From assembly GCA_000165425.1 (NCBI GenBank), contig CT868672.1, positions 240,048-304,047 of the forward strand: 64,000 bases of DNA, written 5' to 3'. Source of the stretch: Paramecium tetraurelia (taxonomy: Eukaryota). A program made the translations under genes and the position numbers. This document shows, piece by piece, positions 36,326 to 50,575 of the stretch. The notes beneath the pieces are model-generated. The model did no database searches. It was given only the letters and a program-made list of their open reading frames with translations, and had not been told where the DNA came from. Within the stretch, counting starts at the first letter, position 1. Each line of letters starts with the position of its first letter.

Positions 36326-37854
36326 TCAAGGGATATAATCTTTATGAAGAGATTGCAATAACTCAATAGCATCTGTAAATTGAGCAAATTTATCTAACTT
36401 AAGATTTTAACTATTGTATTATCTAACATCTCGCACTGTTCTCATTGACATCAAATAATTTTACAAATATAACAGTTCCTACAATCATTACAAACAAATA
36501 CTTAATCCATTTTATTATCGTAATAATTAATTATCGGAATTCCATTCAGGGGTTGAAGACAGAAAGAATAAGCAGCATTATCCACCAAAACCATATCATT
36601 TAAGGATCTATTCCCAATCACTCTTAAATCTTTTATGTATGCACCTTCTTCAGTTTACATACAACTGTCTCTGAAAAATCGGTGAGCAATCACATTTTTA
36701 TTTGGATCTAAGTAATCGATAACTACATTTGCATAGCAAGAATGTGATGCTGTGAATACTATGATTTCAAAATGCTTATTCAAAGTCTACAGCACTTGTT
36801 AAGCATAAGGTCTGATATTGATTGAAGCCTAAAGATCCATTTTATATAGTACCTCTATAATCTCTCCAGATGGGAATTTAATTGGTAGAATCACATCTCC
36901 TGGAACCTAAGTTGACTCATTGCAATGGATTAGAGTTTCGTCTAGATCAAATACTATTGTTTTCTTATTTGTAGATGGCAGATTGACTTTTTTATCTTCA
37001 ACATTGCTTATGATTTTAACTGATTTCTAAAACTAGGAGGCTTGCATAGTTTAGAGCAAATGTTCTCTAATCAATTCAATAGGTCTTGTTATTTCAGGTT
37101 GCATATATCCTTTAATAATTGAGGAGATGTAATATAAAAAAGAAGACTCCACTGTTTTTTCTTAAGAGTTTTTCCTTTTAAAATTTGTCTTAATTGAACT
37201 TCCAGCCTTTGCTGAATCTGGCTTCAAGTTTTTAAAGTTGCCTTTGTTTTCTTATAAGGGTGCTTTGACCTAAGTAACAAAGGTAGACAAACTTGGTTTC
37301 TTAATTATTGTACCTTCAATGGAAGATTTGTATTCGTTATTATTATTAACTAGAGTACTAGACTTTAATTTATTCTATTATTGAGGTGTGAATTCCCGTT
37401 ATTCCTTCTATTATCTATTGGTAAAGTCGATTTAGACGGACTTTTAGACCTAGGTGGAATTCTGGTTGTTTTGTGTGTTTTATGAAAAAAACTTTGATGC
37501 TATGTTGTTTTTGGATTGTCTCTAACTATTATCAATGTGAGATTTGATGGAAGAGATTTTATTTTCCAAATACAGTAATTTATCTTACAATTTTCTATAG
37601 TCCTAAGGTGTCTATTTAGATTTGGCTGATGGATTTCTTTCAACATTGGCACGCATCTCAATATTCTCTTTTTAATCCTTGCTACTAAAATATTTGGAAT
37701 AAAAGTTCTGATTTTGTTTTTGTAATTATATTGAACTTTTCATAGTCTACAAATTCTATTTCTATTGTGAACTGGATGAATTTGGTCTTTGCAAATCTTT
37801 GCTTGATCTATTCCCCAAATTTTTTTCAGAAAGTGGTCTTCTTATTTCAATCAT
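36326..37854 (-). CDS. SCP/NIF (CTD small phosphatase-like) HAD phosphatase
   Basis: KTIVFDLDETLIHC (DxDxT), INIRPYA, IVFTASHSCYA, YIKDLRVI, VLVDN motifs. Confidence 0.93.
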
Positions 37855-37901
37855 TCTCAAAAGCTGTTAAAAATTAAAATATTTATAGTAATAAATCACT
37901 T

Positions 37902-39199
37902 TCAAAATTCATATTACTTCAGCTAAGATTTTTTGTTTGTTGAAAACCTCTTGAACGGAGATGAGAACTACTATAACTGCTTAGTTCCCATAATCAATTT
38001 GGTCTTCAATTCCTTATATTTACTAGCCCTTGCCATGGCTGCTTACTCCTCTGTCAATGACAACTTGTCCAACTCCTCCATAACCTATTCATTAGCATAA
38101 CTGAACTACATCTCTATGTTGATGTTCCAATTGATCGTTGATCCTCCTAGCCAATTCCAATTCATGATTCAACTCCTCTGTAGTTTCCAAACATTCCATA
38201 TGCATCGACTTCAATCTCTCAATCTCATTCTTCTAATCGATAATGGTCTTCTCCTGATGCTTAACTGTTTGATCGAGTTGAATAACCTGGGCATTCAATT
38301 CCATGCAAGTGTCAGCCTCTTGCTAATAGTTCTTTTGATAAAGCAAGCTCTCCTGTTTAAATTTCTCCTTCTACTTATGCAACTCCTCTAGATCATTCTA
38401 CAATTAAGAAATATAGTTTTGAGCTTCTTAATATTGCATTCTTGTGTATTTGAGATTTTCATTCTTTGATTTCACTTCATTATTGATCTTGATATTCCAA
38501 TATAATAATTACATTTTCTTAATCAGCCTTATAAATCAGAGCCTACTTTTCGAGATTATCATATTCAGTCTATAATTAAGAGCACTGCTTTTCTTTCTCA
38601 TTTAATTTATCCAACACATCTTCATAGGTATTATTCAATATTTCTCTATCATGCAATAATCTACCATATAAAACTTCCTATTCATTACCTTTTCCTCTCA
38701 TCTTTAGCTGCTTACAATTCTGTTTCTAATCTAAGCTTTTCCTCATACAATTTCCTATTGTTTTCTTACAATAATGTTATGTCACTTTTTAACTCTTTGG
38801 TTTTCTTAAGATCTATGCTCTGTAATCTCCTTGAATGCCAAATTCTCTGCTTTCATCTCCTAATTTTCAATATGCTTATCAGTTAACTACGATTTCAAAT
38901 TATCAATTTCATTTCTCAAATTAGCAATAGTCTTTAATGTCTAATCACTTCTATTTCTAAATTCCACTTCGTTTCTCATCTTCTCTTCGTGTAACATATT
39001 ATATCTACTATTAAGTATGATTTCACCTATGCTCTAATGATTTCAAATGTGTAGCCAATTCTTAGTAATCTCTATCATTTTGTTTCAGTTCGAAGTTCTC
39101 AGCCTTCAACTATGAAATCATCAAATCCTTTTAATCATTCTCAAATTTTGCAGGAGAATAGAAGGGTTAATTTAGAAAGTTTTTTTGTGAATAAGACAT
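37902..39199 (-). CDS. Long coiled-coil protein
   Basis: MSYSQKNFLNQPFYSPAKFENDQKDLMISQLKAENFELKQNDRDY...; several tiny introns. Confidence 0.75.
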
Positions 39200-39233
39200 T
39201 TTATATCGATAATATTTATAACACTGTTATTTT

Positions 39234-40220
39234 ATGTGGATATATAAGTTCAATAATATAGTTTAAGATTCTGTCATTATATAAAGTACGTTCATATTTC
39301 TAATTAGACTCTACCTCATGTTGCGAAAGATTACCGTTTCAATCAAATAACTAGAAAATACTCATACACTCCCGATGGCAATAGCATATATGTTGATTGC
39401 CTATTTTTTCCATGCTGTGTAAGCAACTTTTTATAAGCGCGGTCATTTCACGGTTGTCCCATAATTCATGTTTATCACTTCATTTATTTCCTTTATAACT
39501 CTCTATCTTGTACAACATAATTAAAATATGTATCCAAAAGAAAAAATGCCTTACATTATTAAGTCCCAAGTAGGCATTGGTATTGGAACATTATTCTATT
39601 TTTATGGAGTTAAATTAATCTCCTTATCAGAGGCAGTTATTCTGTTCTGCACAAATTCTATTTGGAGCTAAATCATGGTTAGTATAATGAATAAAGAAGG
39701 AATAACTAAATCAAGACTTTTTAATTCAATATTATGCATCATAGGTGTGATTTTAATTGCGAATCCTTAATTAAAATCTTAGGATCAACTCTAACACGTA
39801 ATTGGATGTTTGTGCATCTTGGCTTGCAGCATTATTCAATCTTATGCTTTTATTATAATGAAATAAATTGGCACTGAAATTCCTTCCTCTGTTACTGTTA
39901 CCTATTTTAATGTCATCATGCTCTTTCTGTCAAGTGTATAATAATAATATGTAGCTACATTTGAGTATTTTGATGATTACTTTTTCTATTCCTTTGGATT
40001 TAGCATCTTTACTCTTTTGGCTTAAGTCATTAAATTTAGAGCACAAACTATGGTTACTTATGATAAGATTTGCAACTATTCATATTCCTAAATGATTTAC
40101 ATTATCATCATAGACTTTTTAGTTTTCCGAACTGTTATGAGTAAACTTTGTATTATTGGAGCCTTGTTTATAATCTCTGGGGTTTTTAAATAATTGAGAG
40201 AAGATAGAAAATTAAAATGA
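39234..40220 (+). CDS. EamA/DMT-superfamily transporter
   Basis: About 10 TM segments; FYFYGVKLISLSEAVILFCTNSIW...E, GVILIANP. Confidence 0.85.
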
Positions 40221-40639
40221 AATTTATTAATGTATCTTTAAACATATCAAATATATTTAGAATTCTATGTCTAAAAGGTGCATCTTAATATTTGCATAAT
40301 AACATTGACAATTTCTAAGATCGTCCCAATCATATTGAATATCTTATGTTAAACATAACAATCATATCGTTATATTGTATTTAGAGTCTAACTCTTTGGT
40401 TGTTTACACTAAAGACATTTTATGAAACTCATTTAAAGTAAATTAATATTCAACTTACAATTATTTAATAAATTTAATTGAATATAAATAATATTGCCTT
40501 TCTCTATTTACAATTTTTTATATTATATATAGTATCATATTGACAAAATTAAAGGGTGAGAATATATTTCAGTTTCTACTAATACCCTCATTTGATTAAT
40601 TTACAAAATATGATATTATTAAAAGATTTTAATATAATA

Positions 40640-41637
40640 TCATTCTTAAATTTATAAGATTTGCTTGGCTCTTCCTTGATTTAATGATTCAAGTAAAGTA
40701 CATGCCTTACAAATTTTATTTGAGGATAATAAATTGCATTTTTAGCATAGTTGCTTTTGTGGTATTTTCTAATTTTAGTTAGGAGCATCTAATTATTCAC
40801 AAGAGTGGATTAAATCAATTACTGCACTAGGTCTATAAAATATAATATATAGGATTCTACCTAATAGCTTCTAAATTCTTAATTAATTCCCTAACATGTC
40901 CTCTAAAAGCATTGGGAGAGTAGGTGCATTCAGTACTGAAATAAATGAGTTTTTTATAATGAGCATACATTACGATCTCTTTCTCGTAGGTGTATTTGAA
41001 AGGTTTGCATCTAGGCAATGTGGCAATTCCATTGTCTCCATCATCTCCTGTGATAATGGCTGTAGATTTTGGCAATCGAAATATATCACCTCTTAATAGA
41101 TTCATTAGAAATGTCTCTGCCATGTCATCTGCATTATGACCAGTGATAATTTTATCAACTCCTAATTGTATTGCACCTCTGTCTAATGCTTGTCTCCTAA
41201 AAACCCCACAATATGTGCAATTATTATTGAGACCTATTTATGCAACAACCTCATCCATAGACCAATTAAAGAGTTCTTTATATGATAGGATCTTTAAATC
41301 CAAGTCATATGTAATTTAATTCTATTTAACAGTTTCGAGTGAATCATCTCTATATCCTTTGATTCCTTCATCAATTGATAATAAGTATAAATGGCAACCC
41401 ATAATTATATTTCTTATTCAACAAAGTGATAACATGAACTAAGACTGTAGAATCTTTGCCTCCGGATGCAGCAATGGCAATCTTTTCGCCTGGCTTAAAC
41501 ATTTATGTAGATATGATTGTATGATGAATTTCCTCCTCGAATGCTTAAAAGAAGCAATTTTGGCAAATCAGGTTCCCAGTTTTTGGTCTGACCATGAATG
41601 CTTTCTGAACATTACAACTTTAGCAATATTTTACCAT
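40640..41637 (-). CDS. CTU1: Cytoplasmic tRNA 2-thiolation protein 1
   Basis: N-terminal CxxC zinc motifs, PP-loop [46 protein letters not shown]. Confidence 0.96.
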
Positions 41638-41740
41638 TTATTTAAATTATATATTGATTAAATATGAAAGAATTTATAAATATTATGAATGTTTAGTGCT
41701 TATTTGTGTATTTTTATTTTAATAATAACAAATTAAATAT

Positions 41741-42566
41741 TCATTGCTATTATTGTGATTGTGGTTATTATTAATATTATTCCAAAGATTGTTTTTCTAC
41801 ATAAACAACTCTTTATTAATCATTGTTTTTTCTTCTGTAATTGTTATTATGTTTATTATTATTATTGTAATTATTGTTGTTGTTGTTATTATTTCTCCTT
41901 TATCCATTGTTATTATTGTTGTTGTTATGTTATCTTTATTTATAAAAATTGCCAAACGTATCGGTGTCAATCTGATTTTAGTTTCTTTGTTGAGTTTATC
42001 TATCTTATTTTTGAGTACTTGTAGAAAGAGAATCGAAAAACGAAGTAGGATTGTATTTAGGTTTTCCCTCTTGCTTTTTAATTTTCTCTATTTCATTAGC
42101 CTTTTGGAGCATCTCATCGAAATCAAAAGCCCTAGGATTTGTTCCATTAGATTTTATTTATTGATTTTATGGGAAATTATTTTAGAATTGCCCTCTTAAT
42201 TCTTACTATTGTTCAATTTAGTCAATATTTTATGGTGCTTAGAGATTTTATGGTTATTAGACTTAATTATCTTATTTGACATTCTCGAATTTGATGTCAT
42301 CAGATTTGTTCTCCTCCAAGGTCTTGAAGCCTTTAATTTCAGCTGCCTTGAACACCAAAATATCATAGCTTTGTTAATTCGGGGGTATTTCATGATCTTA
42401 AATTAATTATTTAAAAATTACCAGGTCTTCTTCCCTCCGTTCCAAATGAACGGACATCCTTCAATGCAATCGTTTGTTATTGAGGATTAATTTAATAAAT
42501 TGTACCCTCATATCTTATTTCTGATTTTGTGATAATGCTAACCTTTGAATTAAACACTTAAGCCAT
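41741..42566 (-). CDS. LSM14: LSM14/Scd6/RAP55 P-body protein
   Basis: LSm domain SKVSIITKSEIRYEGTIYQIN...IALKDVRSFGTEGR; FDF (GFDFDEML), FFD (SFFDSLS) and TFG (DTDTFG) boxes. Confidence 0.93.
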
Positions 42567-42872
42567 TTTTATAAATAAAAATAAACTAAATCTATATATT
42601 GCACTATTCAAAAAAGTTCTAATTTTTGGTATTTCCCCAATCATCAAAATTATTAACTTACTCATTTTCGATATTAAAGCAAGCAGAATGCTTAAGAATT
42701 TAGATAATTAACATTTAAGTTTTTTAATTATAAGAAAGTAAATAAGAGGATTATTTAATAAGTAAATTTCTTATTCTACCCTTTTTAGAATTATTATTAA
42801 TTAATTGTAACATCATAAAATGATTAATTTATTTTACTTGCTAGACATAAAATGCAAAAGAATATAAAGAAA

Positions 42873-44079
42873 TCATTTAATTTTAATTTTTTTTTCAGCC
42901 TTATCAGCATTCTTCTTTTTAAATTAATCTAATTGTCTTAAAATGGATAATTCTTCAGGCATAGATGGCCTAGGATTGGTGTAGAAATATTCATGTAATA
43001 AACTTTCCATAACTCCTATGCGTTTCTAGTCAAATTAAATAAGACCCTTACTTCTGGATCCCAAGTTAACATTCTAGAGATCAATTCTAAGGCTTAAGGT
43101 GATGCATCCTTAATCACATTTTATAGATTTGGTCGGCAATGCTAAAACTTTTCTAGTTCTTTCAAGATTTATTTATTGCCATTTTTGTGTAAGTCTGGCC
43201 AAACTGAAGCATTTGGATATCCTAACATTTCACACATTAATTGCAATTGATGAATTTCAGATTTACCCTATTGATAGATATCAAAATAACTTAGAGAATT
43301 GGGAACCCTCGATTGATTAGTTCTGCAAAAACACAACCAACTGACCATATATCGATGGCAGTGTTATAGTTGTTCATCTGACACAGAAGTTCTGGGGCTC
43401 TGTACCAAAGAGTGACCACTGGATTGGTGTACTTTTTTTATGGGATTTCTGAGATTTATAAATAATGATTACCATATTCTCTGGCCAGACCAAAATCTGC
43501 AATTTTAACAATGCCATCATTAGTCAATAAGAGATTAGACAATTTGATGTCTCGATGTAAAATGAAGTTGGAGTTGATGTAGGCAAGTCCATTTAAGAGC
43601 TAAAGGACTATGCATTTAATCTCATTTTCACGAAAAGAATAATTATCTTTTTGATTACTAAAACTGTACCTATGAACATATTATCTACTAAAATGGCTAA
43701 GTCTATGGCACAGTATTCAAATACAAGATGAATGCTATCTTTAATTGGTCCCACAGCTACTTCCTAAAAATGAAGAATTGATTTACTAATAAATTGACAA
43801 CATTTGGATGTGCTGATAATCTTTACAATATTTTGATTTCCCTTAAACATGTTATAGGGAATCCTTCATTACTATCATGAATTTTAACTTTTTTGATAGC
43901 AACTACTTAATTTTTCTTTTTATCTTTGGCAGCATAGACAGTGCCATAACTTAGTTTAAAATCAATATTTATTACGTTCCTTCTCCAAGTTTATCCAATC
44001 TTTCAAACTCTGAAATTGATCTGCAATTGGCAAACCAATGTTTTCTAATTTCATCATTCATAAATTCATTTTTTCTCAT
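42873..44079 (-). CDS. CDK10: Cyclin-dependent kinase, CDK10/CDK11 family
   Basis: [19 protein letters not shown], cyclin helix [40 protein letters not shown]. Confidence 0.85.
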
Positions 44080-44113
44080 ATTAATGTAATAGTTAATTAT
44101 AATTATAATTATA

Positions 44114-45094
44114 ATGATTAAAGAACTTTTATTATTATTATACTTTATCATTTTGGTATATGCATTTGCAAATACAAAATGTGGAGGTAAAAGATACAAA
44201 TGTGGAGATGAGAATCAGGACAAAGTCTGTGTAAATGTGTCAGAGTATAGAGGTAAGGTTCATGAATTATCACCATGTGCTGATGATAAAACATGTTTAT
44301 GGCAAGACGCTGCTTATTAAAAACCTATATATTGTACAGACAAGCCAGCAAAAGATAAGATTCTGCCAGGAGAAGCTTGTAGTGGTGATAGCGATTGTCT
44401 ATCTAATAGTTGTATAGGTGGAATTTGTCTGGGACTGAAATTGAATCAATAATGTACAGGACATCAATATTGTGATGTGGGTTATTATTGTGATACATAT
44501 TGTAAAGAGTAAGTTCAATTCGAATAGTCATGCTCAAATGATTATTAATGCACTAACAATTGTGTGTGTAATTTGGGGAAATGCGCATATTACTATTCTC
44601 TAGAAAACAATATCAAAGCTGATAATCCAAAGTCATGTTACTATGGATATATAAATCCAACCAATGGAACTTGCCAAAATGGACCTCATAGTTTAACCAA
44701 GAGCAAGCCATGTGAAACAGATACTGATTGCATTTTATTGGATAGCAATGAGAAGTTATACGGTTATTCTGAATGTCAGTGTGGATTCAATGCTGGCGGG
44801 TTTTCTTATTGCAGTTTGGCTGAAGGAGATCCCGAGTATTTGAAGATACTGGAATTATTCCAATGGTTATTACAGGTTAATCAATATTGCCATACTATTT
44901 TGAGATATGGGCCTTGCTCTTCTCTTTATTTAGACGAGTATATCGATTATTAGAAGGCTGTAAAGTTCTATGAACTGTAATCATAAATCATGTTTAATGA
45001 TGAATGCATTCAGCAGATTTATACTGATGATTATTGGGGCATCAACTCAAACAGATTATTTATACTCTTAATTATTTTATTATTATTATAATGA
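44114..45094 (+). CDS. Cysteine-rich surface protein with signal peptide and hydrophobic C-terminus (probable GPI anchor)
   Basis: MIKELLLLLYFIILVYAFA; many C-x repeats (PGEACSGDSDCLSNSC); C-terminus RLFILLIILLLQ*. Confidence 0.85.
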
Positions 45095-45157
45095 GACATA
45101 AAATATATATTTAATTTTTGAAATTCAAATTCAAAAAATAATATTTTAATTAATAAA

Positions 45158-46792
45158 ATGTATAGAAGTTAGAGGTTGAGAATGAAATCATAAAATCATT
45201 TATCTATTTCTCCTCCCATCGTCAAAAGAAGGTTAAGAAATAAGAATGAGTACAGCGAAATTGTAGAGCCCACCGATAAAGAGAAATAGCATCTCTTATA
45301 AGATATTGCAGCAACCAAATAAAAGAGCTTAACCAATTTCGCCTTGACAGTTACACCAAAATATGCTTAAGAGAGAGATTATGATGATGATGAAGATATT
45401 CTATTTCATGTAACCTCCCCCTATTAATCTTATAGTCTAAGGGTAAAAAGAAGACCTTGGTCTGAATAAGAGGATAATTTGCTTATCAAATTGGTATAGA
45501 TGCATGGTCCACAGAAATGGACATTCATTGCAGAGCACTTACCAGGAAGAATTGGCAAATAATGCAGAGAGCGTTGGCATAATCATTTGAATCCATAAAT
45601 CAAAAAATCACATTGGGGTGATTATGAGGAATGGATTCTCTTCTTATCTCATCGAGTAATGGGCAATAGATGGGCTGAAATGGCTAAATAATTAATTGGA
45701 CGAACAGATAATTCAATTAAAAATCATTGGAATTCAGCTATGAAAAAACGAATCCCTGAGATGGAGGAGAGATTGAAGGACATTCGTAAAAGAGGAGGTA
45801 AACTGATCTAAATAATTTTAGGCATGTCCAATTAAGAATTAATGAATTCATTTACATCTCTTGAAAGATAACTCCTATAAAAACTACTCTTATCTTAATA
45901 GAATGGATCAATGTCTCCTAGATCTTATTCCCCAAATAATATACCTAGAAGAAGAACCAATAAGCAATAAAACTACTTAAATCCCAACTCCGTTAATTCT
46001 TATATTTCTAAAATGATGAATGAAATCAAAATTGACGGAATTGAGAGTTTTAACATGGAAAACAAAATGCTCAAAAAAACCGCTAAAATTGTAGATTCCA
46101 TTTTTTGGAATGAAGACAAAGTAGATGATATCTAAAATAATTTATATGAGTATATTCAGGAAAAAGTAGGCGCTCATGGTTACGATCAGGATGAGAAAGT
46201 AGATAGATGGATTAAAAACTTTTGGGTTATGTGTTAAGATGTCTTTACTGTTTCAGTTATTAAAGACTTTTTATCACAAAGACCCTCTTTTTATTACAAT
46301 TACTTACATAAATACAAGCAAGATGCTGCTAATCAGGTTTCAAAGAATTTGAGTAGAATTTATGAACAAACCAATAATAGTGATGAATATTAATTGCCTT
46401 CTCTAAATCAATTCAAAACCCCTTTGAAAGAAAAGGTTGATCCCCATTAAAACAATAATAGTAATAATAACAATAACAACCATCCAAATAATGATACAAA
46501 CAGTCCTAGCAATCTCTGTCTAGAAGTTAAATATGATGATCACTTTCAACATCAAATTGAGTCACCCTCCAAGCTACTCAACCTACACACCCCAAAACAT
46601 CAGGCTCTGCATTAGTCTAATAAGAAAACGCCGAATCTCAAATCCGAAAATAAAAGCTTGATTTAGCATTCTTAATTTAAAGATAATTTAAGTTTGAGCA
46701 AACTAAAATTTGAAACTACTCCACTCAAAAAAAACTCCGCTTTCAAATTTTACAATAAAATACAATAGCACTAATAGTAGTAGCACCATTGA
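45158..46792 (+). CDS. R2R3 Myb transcription factor
   Basis: PWSEQEDNLLIKLV...GPQKWTFIAEHLPGRIGKQCRERWHNHLNP...MGNRWAEMAKQLIGRTDNSIKNHWNS. Confidence 0.93.
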
Positions 46793-46851
46793 ATCATATA
46801 TTTTGTTTTTTTTAATTAATTTATAATTAAATAATAAGATATCTTTGTCTA

Positions 46852-47712
46852 TCATTATTGCTAGCTAGGTTATTAGCTTTTTTTGACTGTTCCAAAATAT
46901 CTATCACCAAAATTTCCAATGCCTGGTGCTAGATAGTTGAAATCCTTTAATAAAATTGGATCAACTTGGGCTGTGATAATCTTCATTTTTGGAAATTCTC
47001 TAAACAATTTTTCTATGCCCTACTCACAACTCACCAGAGTTAAAAATGTGATGTTTTCCTATTTCACCCCCTGATTTTTTAGGATCCTCAAGGCCAATGT
47101 AGCACTATTACCTGTAGCCAACATCGGATCCATTAATACAACTTACTATTCCTTGATATTAGATGGTAGTTTCTAAAATAAATAGGAAGGCAAGGCTGTA
47201 TCTTCATTTCTCTATATCAATATTTATCCTATCGATGCTCCAGATACTGCTTTTAAGCCTTCAAATAGAAATGCATTTCCTGATCTTAAAATACTCACAA
47301 AACATATTCTATTAATAGAATTAAACTTACTCTTCATCTTCAAATTTCACCTCATGGGCATCATAATATCCTAAAGGTGACTTCTTAACATGCTTTTTCT
47401 TTTCTATTTATGAAATTGCCTATTCAATAAGAATTCTAATTAAACGATCTGAATTTTTTCGGAATTCCTAGCCTTTATTTATCACATTACCACAGTATCG
47501 GTTTCTACATCTCTGATTATAGATAATATGTGTTCAGTGTAGCTTCTGTCAATTATTGATAAGTTCTGATGTTTCCTTAATAATTTATTTAAATCCTATT
47601 CATTAAGAAAATGATAATGTGGCAATTTTTCATCCTTAATTGACTAACATAAAACATATGTTGTATTAAATAATGAAAGATTGAAACCAATTCTTAGTAA
47701 ATTTTTAAACAT
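46852..47712 (-). CDS. UPRT: Uracil phosphoribosyltransferase-like protein
   Basis: VSILRSG, IGQILIQRNE, PRPP loop LMDPMLATGNS, C-terminal YLAPGIGNFGDRYFGT. Confidence 0.88.
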
Positions 47713-48640
47713 TATATATTTATTATTATTTTGGCAAAAAAATAAATTAAATAGATATTCAAGATTCATTCTAGTTTCTTCAAGTATTTTAAATTCATCT
47801 TTTTAATTTATCAACACTCGTTAATATTAGTATTATTCCACTACTCTACCCAATTTTTGATCATATATCTCAAGTACTAGATGAAGAGTATTCAATAAAT
47901 ATGTTATTAACTTTGATAGATAGTTTAATCTAATGATTCTTAGTGTAATAACAATTAGAATCAACTAACATAATATTGTTATTAACTAGTTACTTACTTT
48001 CTGAATTCATTTAAAGTTTAAATCTTCATATACTGAAATTACCTTATATTCATACCCACTACAATATTTCAAAGCAAGATAGTTTTAATTGATAAAATTT
48101 CAATTCCTTAAACAATCTTACTAAAATAATTAAATAGCTAAAATTTTAATTTTTTATAAAAGCAAATTCTCTATGATACGATGAAACAAAATTCTCATAA
48201 TTTAAATATAATGTTTTTATTATTCTGATTTATATTGTTAAATTAATATTGCATCAAATATTTCTCATCCTTAATAGGAATAATTTAATTGTCTATTTAT
48301 GTGAGAATTATCAATTTATGGAGGAATAGTCAAATTTTGTTTAGAACAATTTATTTATAAGAAAGTCTGAACTGTTATTTTTATGATTCTTTTCTATAAT
48401 AATTCAATCGTACTTATTATAAATATAAATCACACTTTTACTGAATAAGTTTAAATGTTCAGCATTTATGATATATCTTGAGTTTAATCAATTCTTAACC
48501 TGAGAATACTTAAATTTTATTACTTCCATAATTCTCAAGTAATTTATTGGCAATTTACAAAAAATATATAAAAAATCCTCTGATATTAGAGTGTCAGAAA
48601 TAAAATTTTTTAAAGATGGCTTTAAATGAATAATATCAAA

Positions 48641-49659
48641 TCAATTTTAAGATTAAGAGGACTTTTCCAAAGAAACTGAATAATGAGAATCACATTTTGA
48701 ATGAAATTTGTTTTTTGTTTCTAATTTGAATAAGCAAATACTTTTAATATGCGAATTAGAATATTATGAGTACAATGTTTTGGCTCTCTCCTAACACTGG
48801 ACCAATTCATGATCTTTCCAGGGGAATCTTCTATATGTTTTAATTTTCTATATAAATTATTTATAATACTCCATAATCCCTTGCCACAATAATTTTGAAG
48901 AATTATTTGCTCATATTTTAAATCTTCTCTTCATTTTCATTCATGCAAATATCCTTGAAATGGGCTATTGATTTACAGGAATAAATACTTAAAAATAAGG
49001 AATAATATTTGGAGAACCTTTCTGACTCAAATAATCTTTTTAAATAAATGTCATTCATCGTTTTCATCTTAGAATCTTTTCTAAATGGGATCATATCGTC
49101 AATAGATTCTTTCAAATGAGATTTCATGAATTCTTTGTCATCGGAGAAGAAAGAATTATAAAACATTCTATCCCTCTCTTCAGCAGTAAATCCTTCCTTT
49201 TCTTCATAGTGAATTTGGCTTTTGATAAAGAGAAAGCATCTCCTGATTATGAATTTGGTCATTTCTTCTTTTGTTTTATTCATTAAGATATATCGTTATT
49301 TAATCATGTCTGGAAGGTCTTTTTACAAGGAGGACAAGGTCTACAATTAAAATACGATGATGTACTCTTAAATTTTCAAACACAAACTCATCAAATACAC
49401 TATCTTTCAATAAGGAAATATTTTTGGATAGGTATATGAGGAGTAGCTTTAATTCTTTTTCAACTGCTTCTTCACATTTTACTGTATTACTCATTAGCCT
49501 TGATTCAAATAAGCTTGGCTCTGGGAATTGGGAGGCCTGATCACAAGTTTCCTTTTTGGGAGTTTGCAATGCGTACGTGGTAGTCGGTAGCATATAGAAC
49601 TATTAAAGATTGAGTTATGGATAATTCATATACTATGGGACATATAATAAAGGAAGCAT
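48641..49659 (-). CDS. Hypothetical protein
   Basis: MLPYYMSPQYMNYPQ...; segments NKTKEEMTKFIIRRCF, KTMNDIYLKRLF, RFPWKDHEL; tiny introns. Confidence 0.7.
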
Positions 49660-49955
49660 AAGATTATTTAAAAAAATTAGGTGTAAAATAAAATATCTTA
49701 TTTTTTATTTCGAAATAATTCATTCAAATGGCATAGTAGTCAGAATTAATAAATTATATTTCAAATCAATTAATATTTATATTAATAACTTATAACTACA
49801 AACTGCATTAATTGGTAATCGATTAATAAAATAAACCTCCTGCGAATTGCAACATATTCGAAAATGAAATTCTTACATAAATGAATAAATCTACTTTTTC
49901 TAAGTTAAAAGACATAAATTAATATCTGTTATATAAATTATTATATTAAAGTATA

Positions 49956-50575
49956 ATGAATACATGTGATAAGCCAATAATAAAATTACTGATAATTGGG
50001 GATTCTGCTGTTGGCAAAACTAACATTCTGAAGAGATTTTGTGAAAATCAATATACTCAGAGCTTCGTATCAACAATAGGTAGATCAATGAATTTAAATT
50101 TAGAACAGGCATAGATTTCAAATTTAGAGATTTAGAAGTCGAAGGGAAACTCATGAGATTGCAAATTTGGGATACAGCTGGTTAAGAGAGATTCAGAACC
50201 ATTACTTCAACTTATTTCAAAGGAGCAATGGGAGTTATATTGGTCTATGCCGTAAATAATCTTGAAAGTTTTCAAAACATCTAAAATTGGATGAATTAAG
50301 TAAAATAAAATGCATGTGAAAGTGTGATTGTTGTATTGGTGGCCAACAAATCAGATCTAAATGATAGAGTGGTTCAATATGAATAAGGTAAAAATTTAGC
50401 TGATTCTTATGGCATTAAATTTTTTGAGACTTCTGCCAAAGAAGGCATAAACATCATTGATACTTTTTAATGCATTTCTAAATAAATTAAAGATATTATG
50501 TCATTAGAAGAAAAAGTATAAAATATTAAACTGGAATAAACAAGTTAACAAGCCAAATCCAATTTCTGTTGTTGA
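49956..50575 (+). CDS. Rab GTPase, Rab8/Sec4-like
   Basis: [41 protein letters not shown]-terminal CC prenylation motif. Confidence 0.95.

Noticed and set aside
41760..41935. TTA/TTG trinucleotide arrays (also AAT/AAC at 58065-58115) as possible CRISPR, satellite or telomeric repeats
   Set aside because: They are in-frame poly-Asn/Gln coding tracts, with no repeat-spacer structure and no G3-4T2-3 telomeric units
47713..48640. Long AT-rich spacers (also 7340-8000, 8740-9640, 54850-55390) as possible mobile elements or ncRNA
   Set aside because: No terminal inverted repeats, transposase fragments or recognisable RNA motifs were seen by eye
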